Notes under the pieces: generated by a model
Told to the model about the DNA's origin: nothing
The model's database searches: none
What the model saw: only the letters and a program-made list of their open reading frames with translations
Assembly: GCA_963734545.1 (NCBI GenBank)
Contig: CAVTHO010000008.1
Span: forward strand, 64,001-128,000
Source of the DNA: an uncultured Spirochaetota bacterium
GTDB lineage: Bacteria > Spirochaetota > Spirochaetia > SZUA-6 > Fen-1364
Reading direction: 5' to 3'
Length of the DNA stretch: 64,000 nucleotides
Translations under genes and position numbers: made by a program
Shown: positions 12,555 through 22,681 of the stretch, one piece after another
Position numbering within the stretch: the stretch's first letter is position 1
How the letters are laid out: every line of letters begins with the position of its first letter

Positions 12555-14243
12555 AGCAGGGTGCTCCCCAGCACGATCTGAGATGCCTCGTAGTAGGACG
12601 GGCCGAGCCGGCGCAGCACTTCCGCGACGTCGCGCTCGTCGCCCTCGATGCCGAGGGCGGCGAAGTTCTTGTCCCCGCGCGCGCCGAGCTGGAGGTCCAC
12701 CACGTTCACGCCGCGGGAGGCGAGCGCGGAGAGCAGGACGAGCACGACGCCCGGCCGGTTCGCGTGCACGGCGACCACCATGTGACGCGAGACCGGGTAT
12801 GGGCAGCCAGACGCCGTCCACCTCGAGCAGGTAGGCGGCGGCAGGCTTGAGGGGCGGCAGGCGCATGCGGACGTCCGTGTCGATGCGCATGAACCGGTCC
12901 GCCGCGGTGCCCAGCACGAACTCCACCGCCTCCCGGATGTGCTCCTGGGGCCGCCAAGGGTGAGGTACGCGGTGGCCGTGCCGTCCTGCAGGGAGTTCAG
13001 CCACGCGGTCTCGACGTTGATCTCCTCCGAGGCCAGCGTGTTGAGCAGGATGGCCAGGGTTCCCGGGAAGGTCTCTGTGGTGGGAGAAGAGGCAGGCGAT
13101 TTCCCCGCCTTCATAGGCGGGCATCCGAGTCGGTGATCGTCACCGACCTTTCCTCCTTGCGCACGCGGATGGCGTGGAAGGACCCGAGCGAGGAAGATTC
13201 GGGAAACTCCTTCTGCAGGGACCTGAACCTGCCCCCGAATGAGAGGTGCGGAATCTCCAGCCGCTTCTCTCGCGCAAATCGATGGTTGAGCATTTCCATG
13301 CCGAGGTTGAGGACGTGATAGGGACCCTCGCTCCCTGCCTGCAGCGAGCGCTTCTCGGGAATGCCCCGGGAGAACGAGACGTAGTAGCGGTAGCCCGCTT
13401 TCCGCACCGCCTCGAGGCCCGCCGCGTAGTCCCGTCCGAGGTCGTCGAGGGCTGTGGGTGTCCCCGCCGATCGCCACAGGGATGCCCAGGGTGCGGGCCC
13501 GGCGGAGGATCTCGGGGTGCGGATAGATGCCCACTCCCTTGCGGAGGCCGGAGAGGTTCACATCCAGCGCAAGGTTGCGCTCGGCGATCATCTCCAGCAG
13601 GGTGAAAAGCCTGCGCGCCGTCTCGCTGTCGGCCCCGTCCAGGTCGGTGAGGCACGCCGGCAGCGGGGCAAAGAGCTTGGGCAGGTCGAGGTGCCCGACA
13701 ACGGAGATCATCTGCCAGCTCGCGTCCACCATCTCGATGCAGCTCGTCGAAATATGCGGCCCAGAACGGCTCCACGCCGCCCCGTTCTTCGATCAGGCGG
13801 CGCGTGTCCTCCGCGGAGCCGTCGTACGGGATGCCGTTGGGCGCGAAATGTATCGGAGGACACGACAAAGTCCACCCCGTGGGCCTGGAACAGCTTTGCC
13901 CGGTTCCACTGCATGCCGCAGGCCGGTCCCCAGCCACTCGAGCTCCACGCCGCAGCGGACCTGGATCCGGCCGGCGAACCTTTCGCGCAGGCCCCGCATC
14001 CGGGCGGCGAAGTCGAAATAGGAGGCGTCCCCGCGGATGAACTTCACCGCCGTGTCGCGTTCCTCGCGTAGCGGAACCGGGTGAGCCGGGGGGAGTGGAT
14101 GATGAGGGTGAGGGACGGGAAACCCAGGCCGGATGGCCCGGTCCGACAACGGCGTCCAGGTCGTCTATCCCGTGTTTGACGTGGTCGGTGCCGGTGCCCA
14201 CGTGAATGCCGTGGGTCTCCCAGATGAACGGCTGCGCGTGCAT
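12551..14243 (-). CDS. PHP-family (HisJ-like) phosphatase fused to ACT-like domains, multiple frameshifts
   Basis: ETHGIH, GVELEW, VGHLDLPK, DVNLSGLRK, GGDTH; C-terminal 'ANRPGVV' and '.PGTLAILLNTLASEEINVE' ACT-like segments. Confidence 0.75.
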
Positions 14244-14250
14244 GCGGGCC

Positions 14251-14310
14251 AGTATAGCGAATTACCGGCGCGTCGGCCAACTTGAAAGCAGACCCGGTTT
14301 ATTCTATCTT
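14251..14310. promoter_or_regulatory. Divergent sigma70 promoters, both placing the TSS at or next to the ATG
   Basis: Plus: TTGAAA(14282)-17-TATCTT(14305)-6 nt-ATG 14317. Minus: TTGGCC-18-TATACT-7 nt-ATG 14243. Confidence 0.6.
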
Positions 14311-14316
14311 CGACGC

Positions 14317-14757
14317 ATGGACAGCCGCGAGGTGATGAACAGGATCGGGGCCATCATCGAGGCCCACGGGACGGGACTTGCTCGCCACGGCGGACCAGGA
14401 CGGCACCCCTCACCTGCGCTGGCTCACGCCGACTCTCCTCCGGGAGCGGGCCGGGCGCCATCTATGCCATCACGGCGCCCCGGTTCGCGAAGGTCGTGCA
14501 GGTGCGCAAGCACCCGCGGGTGGAGTGGATGTTCCAGACGCCGACGCTGGACGAGATCGTCAGCATCCGCGGCGCGATCAACGTCGTGGAGAACCCCTCG
14601 CTGCGGGCGGAGGTCCTCGAGGTGCTCGGCCCCCGGCTGCGCACGTTCTGGAAGCTCGCGCACGACCCGCGTGACCTGGTCGTCCTGGAGACAGTCGTTG
14701 AAGAGGCGACCCACTTCCTGCCGATGCAGGGCAGGAAAGACAGTCGTCCATTTCTGA
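14317..14757 (+). CDS. Pyridoxamine 5'-phosphate oxidase-like (FMN split barrel) protein, frameshifted
   Basis: LATADQDGTPHLRW, KVVQVRKHPRVEW. Confidence 0.75.
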   Translation: MDSREVMNRIGAIIEAHGTGLARHGGPGRHPSPALAHADSPPGAGRAPSMPSRRPGSRRSCRCASTRGWSGCSRRRRWTRSSASAARSTSWRTPRCGRRSSRCSAPGCARSGSSRTTRVTWSSWRQSLKRRPTSCRCRAGKTVVHF

Positions 14758-14771
14758 GGGAAGGAGCGCGG

Positions 14772-15763
14772 ATGGGCGACCAGGAAGAGGGAGCGCGCCT
14801 CGGCGCGCAGTTCGAGAAAGATCTCCTCGGACAAGATGCTCCTCATCCGCAGGTTCGAGGAGAAGGCCGCGCAGATGTACGGCCTGAAGAAGATCGGCGG
14901 CTTCTGCCACCTGTACATCGGGCAGGAAGCAGCCGGCTGTCGGCGCCATCGCCGCCATCGACCTTGCCAACGGACTACACCGTGGGCGCCTACCGTGACC
15001 ACGGCTACGCGCTGGCCTGCGGCATGGATCCCCGAGGGTCTCATGGCGGAGCTCTTCGGCAAGGCAACGGGATGCTCCAAGGGCAAGGGCGGCTCCATGC
15101 ACTTCTTCGACGCCGCAGCGGCACATGTTCGGCGGCAACGGCATCGTCGGCGCGCAGATCCCCGTGGCAACGGGCGTGGCCCTGAAGTGCCGCTACCGCA
15201 AGGACGGCGGCGTGGTGCTCTGCTGGTTCGGCGACGGCGCCATCCACCAGGGATCCTTCCACGAGAGCCTCAACATGGCCAAGATCTGGAACCTTCCCAT
15301 CATCTACATCTGCGAGAACAACCAGTACGGCATGGGCACCGACTTCCGCCGGGTCTCCTCGGTCACCGACTTCGTGGTCATGGGAGACTCCTACGGCATC
15401 CCGGGCAAGCAGGTGAACGGCATGGACGTGCTGGAGGTGTACCGGGAGGTCGAGCGAGGCCGCGGCGCGGGTCCGAACGGAGTCCACGCCCATGTTCCTG
15501 GAGATCAAGACCTACCGCTACCGGGGCCATTCGATGAGCGACCCGGCCAAGTACCGCACTCCGGAGGAGCTGGAATCCTACAAGAAGCAGGATCCGCATC
15601 CTGATCCTGAAGTCCAGGATGGAGGAGTCCGGCAATCTCACCGAGCGGCCAGTACGCGGCCATGGACGCGGAGTGCAAGGCGGTGTGCGACGACGCGGTG
15701 AAGTTCGCGGAGGAGAGCCCCGAGCCCGAGCCCTCCGCTCTGTACGAGGACGTGCTCGCATGA
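14772..15763 (+). CDS. pdhA: Pyruvate dehydrogenase E1 alpha (frameshifted)
   Basis: IRRFEE, GFCHLYIGQEA, GKGGSMH, FGDGA..ENN TPP motif, YRYRGHSMSD. Confidence 0.95.
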
Positions 15764-16742
15764 GCCTCGATCACCTTCCGGGAAGCCCTGCGTGCCGCCA
15801 TGGACGAGGAGATGGCGCGCGACGACTCGGTCATCCTCCTGGGCGAGGAGGTCGGCCAGTACAACGGCGCCTACAAGGTCAGCCAGGGACTGCTGGAGAA
15901 GTACGGGCCCGAGCGCGTCATCGACACGCCCATCTCGGAGGAGGGATTCACCGGCATCGGCATCGGCGCCGCGATGGCCGGTCTGCGTCCCATCGTCGAA
16001 TGGATGACCCTCAACTTCTCCCTGCAGGCCATGGACCAGGTCATCAGCAACGCGGCCAAGATGCGCTACATGTCCGGCGGCCAGTTCACCGTGCCCGATG
16101 GTCTTCCGCGGACCCAACGGCCCCGCGGAGTACCTGGGCGCCCAGCACTCCCAGGCGCTGCAGTCGCTCTACGCGCATTTTCCCGGCCTGAAGGTGGTGG
16201 CGCCCTCCACGCCCGCGGACGGCAAGGGCCTGCTGAAGGCCTCCATCCGGGACGACAACCCCGTGCTCTTCCTGGAATCGCGAGATGATGTACGGGGTGA
16301 AGGGCGAGGTGCCGGACGGCGAGCACCTCGTGCCCCTCGGCGTGGCCGAGGTGAAGCGCCCCGGGAAGGACGTGACCATCGTCAGCTTCTCCAAGCCCGT
16401 GCGCATGGTCCTGGAAGCGGCGGAGGCGCTTGCCGCGCGAGGGGATCGAGGCCGAGGTCGTGGACCTGCGCACCATACGGCCCCTGGACGAGAAGGCGAT
16501 CTACGACTCGGTGGTGAAGACGAATCGCTGCGTCGTCGTGGACGAGGCCATGGCCGTTTGCCAGCGTGGGCTCGCACGTGGCGTGGCTCGTCTCCCGCAA
16601 CTGCTTCGACGACCTGGACGCGGCGGTGGAGCTCGTCTCCGTCGGAGGACGTGCCCATGCCGTACAACCACTCCCTGGAGCTCGCCGCCCAGCCTTCGGT
16701 GGCCAAGATCGTCGAGGCGGTGAAAGGGTGCTGTATGCCTGA
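15760..16742 (+). CDS. pdhB: Pyruvate dehydrogenase E1 beta (frameshifted)
   Basis: [40 protein letters not shown]. Confidence 0.95.
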
Positions 16743-17995
16743 GAAGATCCTGATGATCGCCCTGTCTCCCACCATGGAGACCGGCACCCTCGCGCGGTGG
16801 CGGAAGAAGGAAGGGGACACGTCGCCAGCGGCGACGTGCTCTGCGAGGTGGAGACCGACAAGGCCACCATGGACTACGAGTCCAGCTGCCGAGGGAACTC
16901 TCCTCAAGATCCTGCTGCCCGAGGGCGGGCAGGCAAAGGTCGGAGACCTCATCGCCATCGTCGGAAAGCCGGGAGAGGACATCTCGGGGATCATGGCAGG
17001 GCTCGGCTCAGCGCCTGCCGTGGAGCATGCCCCTGCCCGGGGGGCGGCAGCGCCGTCAGCCCCGGCCTTGACGCCCGCGCCTGCGGGAGTCGCTTGCAGC
17101 CCCGAGCCCTTCCCTGAAAACAGGCGCGCCGGCGGGCAGGATCAAGTCCTCACCCCTTGCGCGCAAGGTCGCGGCCCAGAAGGGCGTCGACCTCCGCTCC
17201 CTCGCGGCTCGGGCCCCGCCGGAAGAATCGTGATGCGGGACCTGGAGAAGCTGCCCGCGGCACCGGCGCGTGAGCAGACTGGGGCCGCCATCGGCTCCCC
17301 TGCAGCCCGGCGCCGGCGACGAGGTCGTCCCCGTCTCACGGATGCGCAAGGTCATCGCAAAGCGGCTCTCGGAATCGATGTACAGCGCACCGCACTTCTA
17401 TCTCACCGTGGCGGTGGGCATGGACGAGCTTCTGGCCGCGCGCACGAAGATGAACGACGGGACGCGAGAAGAAGCTTTCCGTCAACGCGTTTCTCATGGC
17501 CATTGCGGGCAGGACGCTTGCCCGTCATCCGCAGGTCAACTCGACGTGGAACGGGGACACGTTCCTGCGGCACGCCGCGGCAGACATCGGCCTCGCGGTG
17601 GCGCTGCCGGACGGCCTGATCACCCCGTCGTGCGTGACTGCGGCCGCAAGGGCATCATCGCCATCGACGCGGAGCTCGCAGACCTCGTCGAAAGGGCACG
17701 CGCGGGCAAGCTCGCGCCGGAAGAGTACGCGGGAGCGACCTTCACCATCAGCAATCTCGGCATGGCGGGGATCGACGAGTTCACCGCCATCATCAACCCG
17801 CCCGGCTCCGCCATCCTCGCGGTGGGAGCGGTGCGCAAGGAAGTCGTAGTGGCGGAGAACGACGCGATGGTCGTCCGGCAGCGGATGCGCGTCACGCTCT
17901 CCTGCGATCACCGGGTCATCGACGGCGCGGTCGGCGCCGCGTTTCTCAGGGAGCTGGCGGACATGCTGGAGAATCCGCTGCTCGCCCTTGCCTGA
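16735..17995 (+). CDS. pdhC: Dihydrolipoamide acetyltransferase E2 (frameshifted)
   Basis: LSPTMETG, VETDKATM lipoyl motif, GSGPAGRI, FTISNLG, DHRVIDGA. Confidence 0.95.
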
Positions 17996-18022
17996 GCCGT
18001 TCCCTGACACGGAGGAGACACA

Positions 18023-19416
18023 ATGGCAGGCTTCGATTTCGACGTTCTCATCATGGGCTCGGGTCCCGGCGGGTACGTGGCCGGCATCCGCGCTGCCCAG
18101 CTCGGCCTGAAGGCCGCCGTCATCGAGCGGGACAAGGTGGGCGGGGTGTGCCTGAACATCGGCTGCATCCCTTCCAAGGCGCTGATCCACCAGGCCGAGC
18201 TCTTCCGCTCCCTGCCCGCCCTGAAGGAAATGGGCATCGCGGTGGACGTGAAGGGACTTCGACTACTCGAAGGTGTTCGACAAGTCCCGCAAGGCGGCGG
18301 ACACGCTCTCCAAGGGTGTGCAGTTCCTGCTGAAGAAGTACAAGGCGGAGCTCATCACGGGGGACGCCGTCCTTCTCGGGAAGGAACGAGGTCACCCTCA
18401 AGGACGGGAAGAAGATCACCGGGAAGAACATCATCATCGCCACCGGCTCCCGGCCCCGCGTCATCCCGGGCTTCGAGTTCGACGAGAAGCAGGTGCTCTC
18501 TTCCACGGGCGCGCTCATGCTCAAGAAGCTGCCGAAAAAGGCGATCATCCTCGGCGCGGGGGCCATCGGCGTGGAGTTCAGCCACGTCTGGAACTCGTTC
18601 GGCGTCGAGGTGCACCTGGTGGAAATGATGGACCGGATCCTCCCCCTGGAGGACGCGGAGGCGGTCCAGGTCCTTGCGCGCAGCTTCCAGAAGCGGGGCG
18701 TGCAGATGTACACGGGGACAAAGGCTGTCTCCCTGCAGAAGGCAAAAGCCGGAGTGAGCGTCGTCCTGGAGGACAAGGCCGGCGCACGCACGACCCTCGA
18801 GGCGGACCTGATCCTCGTGGTCGTCGGCCGCACGTGCAACACGGACGGCATCGGGCTGGACAAGGTGGGCATCGCCACGGAGAAGGGCTTCATCCCCGTG
18901 GGGGACTACAACCAGACGAAGGTCCCCGGCATCTACGCCATCGGGGACGTCGTGGCCACTCCCCTCCTGGCGCACGTGGCGTTCAAGGAGGCGGAGATGG
19001 TGGTCGAGCACCTGGCCGGCAAATCCCCGGCGCCGCGCCTCGACCCCCTCTCCATCCCCGGGGCCACCTACTGCGAGCCGCAGGTGGCCAGCTTCGGCCT
19101 TACCGAGTGGAAAGCCGTGGAACAGAAAGTGCCGTTCGCCAAGGCGAGCTTCCCCTACCGTGGCGCGGGGAAGTCGGTGGCCATCGAGCAGTCAGAAGGA
19201 TTCGTGAAGGTCATCTACGATCCGAAGACAAAGGAGATCCTCGGCGCCCACGTGGTGGGCGCGGAAGCCACGGAGCTCATCCACGAGCTGCTGCTCGCGC
19301 GCACCGCCGAGCTCCTGCCCGAGGACATCGCCAACATGATCCACGCGCACCCCACCCTCTCGGAGGCTGTCATGGAGTCCATGCGCGCCGTGGAGGGCTG
19401 GAATATTCACGTGTAG
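18023..19416 (+). CDS. lpdA: Dihydrolipoamide dehydrogenase (frameshifted)
   Basis: [40 protein letters not shown]. Confidence 0.96.
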
Positions 19417-19594
19417 TCAGGGATGACGCAAGTCGGCCGAGGACAGGGATGTCCGAAAGGCCGACTGTAGCCATGGATGGCGAAGGCGCGCGAGGCCAGG
19501 GATGGCCGAAAGCGCGCCTGTAGCCATGGATGGCGAAGGCGCGCGAGGCCAGGGATGGCCGAAAGCGCGCCTGTAGCCAAGGCCGACTGTAGCC
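19412..19594 (+). repeat. Three tandem 53-54 bp structured units with ANGGA-loop hairpins
   Basis: Units start at 19412, 19466 and 19519; units 2 and 3 are identical and unit 1 differs by compensatory stem changes; 16-bp direct repeat AAGGCCGACTGTAGCC at 19457 and 19579. Confidence 0.9.
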
Positions 19595-19604
19595 CGGACG
19601 CCGG

Positions 19605-19877
19605 CTACCCGACGGCTTTCCGCGGGGGCCGTGTCGCCGCTTCCAGATCCGCAAGCAGCGTGAGGGCCTCCGCAGGGGACCGTCCGCACATGTCCCCCGA
19701 CGGCTGCAGCCGGAGGCACACGGCCGGCCTTTCAGCGCGACCGAAGAGGCCGCAGCGGTTATCCCAGGAGAGCTGGACGCAGCGCACCCCGGCCGGCTTC
19801 CCGTCCGGCATGCCGGGGATGGAGGAGGAAATCGAGGGCGCAATGCAGCACGCTCCGCAGCCGATCCTGCACTTCAT
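19605..19877 (-). CDS. YkgJ family cysteine-cluster protein
   Basis: MKCRIGCGACCIAPSISS..GKPAGVRCVQL..C..RPAVC. Confidence 0.88.
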   Translation of the reverse strand: MKCRIGCGACCIAPSISSSIPGMPDGKPAGVRCVQLSWDNRCGLFGRAERPAVCLRLQPSGDMCGRSPAEALTLLADLEAATRPPRKAVG

Positions 19878-19957
19878 AGGTCTCCCCTGAGGATATCTGA
19901 TCCGCGAAAAGGGGAACAGCCCTTGCATGACGGGAGAAAATCGACGATCCTGAGCGC

Positions 19958-20368
19958 ATGGTGCGGATCATCGTCAGCATGCTGCTGCTCGTCGTGCTCG
20001 CGGTGCTCGTTTCCTTCAATCTTGGATTTACCACATCCATCAGCCTGTTCGGCGCCCGGTTCGACCAGGTGCCGGTGATGGCCGTCGCGCTGTTGAGCTT
20101 TGCTACGGGCGTTCTCTATTCGTTGTTCCTCTACATCGGCCGGTTCCTGCACACGAAGAAGAGGGAGCACCTGGCCCGGAGGGACAAGGAAATCAGCGAA
20201 CGGGAACGCAAGCTCGCCGAGCGCGAATCCGAGAAGAGCCAGGCAGCGGTGACCGCGGCGGAAGCAGAGGTCGCGCGCGCGGCATCCCCGGAGAACACCG
20301 AAAAGTCGGGCCCTGCAAAGCGCACCTGGCGTGAACGGTTTTCCCGGTTCTTCAATCCGGACAGCTGA
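19958..20368 (+). CDS. LapA-like small membrane protein
   Basis: Two hydrophobic helices plus a coiled coil; paralog at 38322-38729. Confidence 0.6.
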   Translation: MVRIIVSMLLLVVLAVLVSFNLGFTTSISLFGARFDQVPVMAVALLSFATGVLYSLFLYIGRFLHTKKREHLARRDKEISERERKLAERESEKSQAAVTAAEAEVARAASPENTEKSGPAKRTWRERFSRFFNPDS

Positions 20369-20462
20369 CCCCACGCACAAAACCTGTCAGATAAATTCGA
20401 CAGGGAAATCAACCAATCACTGACAGCTCCTTTCCCCCGCGCGTCGTATCCTTGCCTCAGGT

Positions 20463-20726
20463 ATGAAGGGAATCGCCGTGGAAAAAACGATCGCGGAATG
20501 TGCGGAGCGAATCATCACACTCCTGGCGAAGCTGGGCGAGGCGAACATCCTGCGCCTCTCCGAGCATCTCGCTGAAAGAAACGTGATCACCTACCAGGCC
20601 CTCGGTTGGCTGGCCAAGGAAGGGAGGATCAGCTATCAGCAGCTGGGAAACCAGGTATACGTCGCCCTGCACAGGGACGCACCGCCGCCTTCTGATGATT
20701 CCGCGGGTGAAAGGAGCTCACGATGA
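20463..20726 (+). CDS. Small winged-helix protein (DUF2582-like)
   Basis: QALGWLAKEGRI motif. Confidence 0.7.
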   Translation: MKGIAVEKTIAECAERIITLLAKLGEANILRLSEHLAERNVITYQALGWLAKEGRISYQQLGNQVYVALHRDAPPPSDDSAGERSSR

Positions 20727-22558
20727 ACAAGAGTCTTGTCCGCGCGGCAGGGGGTGCCGCCATCCTTCTCGTGGTCCTGCTCGCGTGCCAGACCGCGAAA
20801 CCCGTCTCGCCCGCGGAGAGCGCAATTCGGACCGAGGCCCCCGGCTTCTCGCCGAGCGGAGATTCCGATCATTCGACGCTCGGCATCGACCTGACGTACG
20901 GCAACGGGGATGCGATCAAGAGCTGGAAGGTCGAGATCACCGGCAACGGCACGACGCAGAAGAGCTGGAGCGGCGATGCGCGCTATCTCCCCGCGAATCT
21001 TCGCTGGGACGGAAAGAGCGATGCCGGCGCCATGGCGCCCGAAGGGACGTACGTGGCCGCGCTCTCGATCGAGTACGCGCAGACCTTCGAGCCGGTCACC
21101 CGGCAGAGCCAGAGCTTCGTCCTCGTCCTGACGCCTCCCACGGTGAGCATCTCGATGAATCCGCCGCAGTTCGTTCCCACCGAGAAGGGAGTCGCCGGAC
21201 CGATGACGCTCACCATAGATGCGCGCTCGTCACTCGCGAAGGTGGAGAGCTGGTCGCTGGACATCTATGATGAAGCCGGCGGGCTGTTCAAGAGCTTCAA
21301 GGGGTCATGGCCGGACGCTTCGCCGACCTGGGACGGCAGGTCCGGTGCAGGGGCGTTCGTCGTCCCGACCCAGACCTACAAGGCATTGGCGTCCGTGCAG
21401 GACGAATACGGAAACAGGGCCGATCTGAAGGCTGATATTCCGGTGGCCAGCCTCGCCATCGCAACCCCGCCTAAACCCGTCAAGAAGGAGCCGGTCGTCG
21501 CCGAGGGCAAGGTCGCCGTCGTGCCGGTGACCGAGGGATTCTCCCCCAATGGAGACAAGGTCATGGACGACATCAGCCTCGCACTCTTCTACGGGCAGCC
21601 CGCGGCGGTCAGGTCCTGGGAGCTCGATATTGCGGATTCGACGCGGGGGGTGCAAAAGACCTACAAGGGCGACGGGTCACGCCTGCCCACGAGCGTCGCC
21701 TGGGACGGCATGACCGACTCCGGCAAGGCGGCACCGGAAGGCACCTATACGGCGAGACTTTCCGTGGACTACGGGACGCTCTACAAGCCGGCCTCGGCAT
21801 CGAGCGAGGAATTCATCCTTGCCGTCACTCCTCCCACCGGGTCGATTGCGCTCTCGTCTCCCCTCTTCTCGCCGATAGAGTCTTCCGACACGATCACGCT
21901 GACGCTGGATGCGCGGGCACCTGCCGCGAAGATCGACAGCTGGTCCATGAACATCTACGATCCGGGCGGAAACATTTTCAGGAGCTTCAAGGCCGCCTGG
22001 CCCGCGAATCGGGTGGTCTGGAACGGCAAAGGGGCCAAAGGGGACATGGTCCAGTCCGCGGAGGACTATCCTGTCGTGGCAGCGATACGCGACGAGTTCG
22101 GAAATGTCGGCGAGGTGAAATCGACAATTCCCATCGACATCCTCGTGGAAAAGATGCCCAAGGGGTACAGGATCCTCGCCTCGCGCGTGTTTTTCAAAGC
22201 ATTCACGGCGGACTATGAGGATGTGTCACCTGATCTTGCCCGGCAGAACGCGGCCCGGCTGGACGCGCTTGCCAGGAAGCTGCAGAAGTTCCCCGATTAC
22301 AAGAGCAGGATCGTCGGGCACGCGGTAAAGATATTCTGGAACAATCCGACCCTCGGCGACGTGGAGGAAAGTGAGATACTCATCCCGCTTTCCAAAGCCC
22401 GGGCGGATGCGGTCAAGAAGGCCCTGGTGGACCGCGGGCTGGACGCGGCGAACCTCACCACGGACGGCGTCGGATCCTCCGATCAGCTGGTCCCGGACAG
22501 CAATATCAAGGACCGGTGGCAGAACCGCAGGGTCGCCCTGTTCCTTGAAAAAGAATAG
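20723..22558 (+). CDS. Lipoprotein with repeated FlgD-like Ig domains and C-terminal OmpA domain
   Basis: LLAC lipobox; repeated FSP.gD / WDG / PEGTY; LSKARADAV and NRRV OmpA motifs. Confidence 0.85.
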   Translation: MNKSLVRAAGGAAILLVVLLACQTAKPVSPAESAIRTEAPGFSPSGDSDHSTLGIDLTYGNGDAIKSWKVEITGNGTTQKSWSGDARYLPANLRWDGKSDAGAMAPEGTYVAALSIEYAQTFEPVTRQSQSFVLVLTPPTVSISMNPPQFVPTEKGVAGPMTLTIDARSSLAKVESWSLDIYDEAGGLFKSFKGSWPDASPTWDGRSGAGAFVVPTQTYKALASVQDEYGNRADLKADIPVASLAIATPPKPVKKEPVVAEGKVAVVPVTEGFSPNGDKVMDDISLALFYGQPAAVRSWELDIADSTRGVQKTYKGDGSRLPTSVAWDGMTDSGKAAPEGTYTARLSVDYGTLYKPASASSEEFILAVTPPTGSIALSSPLFSPIESSDTITLTLDARAPAAKIDSWSMNIYDPGGNIFRSFKAAWPANRVVWNGKGAKGDMVQSAEDYPVVAAIRDEFGNVGEVKSTIPIDILVEKMPKGYRILASRVFFKAFTADYEDVSPDLARQNAARLDALARKLQKFPDYKSRIVGHAVKIFWNNPTLGDVEESEILIPLSKARADAVKKALVDRGLDAANLTTDGVGSSDQLVPDSNIKDRWQNRRVALFLEKE

Positions 22559-22592
22559 CGCAGGCCTCCTTCCTTTCAGTTTCCTCTCCTTT

Positions 22593-22624
22593 GTCCCCGG
22601 CTCTCCGCAGCCGGGGACTCTTTT
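22593..22624 (+). terminator. Intrinsic terminator
   Basis: GTCCCCGGCT / AGCCGGGGAC followed by TCTTTT. Confidence 0.7.
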
Positions 22625-22681
22625 CCGGCACAACCCTTGCGGCGCGCGCTTCGGAGATGCACTATGCGTGGTGGGAATGAC

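Noticed and set aside
14772-19416. Programmed frameshifting or pseudogenisation of pdh genes
   Set aside because: Indels are scattered without slippery-site structure and without accompanying nonsense decay, which is consistent with sequencing error
19412-19594. CRISPR array or hammerhead ribozyme
   Set aside because: No unique spacers and no cas genes; GA-stem-GAAA is present but the CUGANGA hammerhead core is missing
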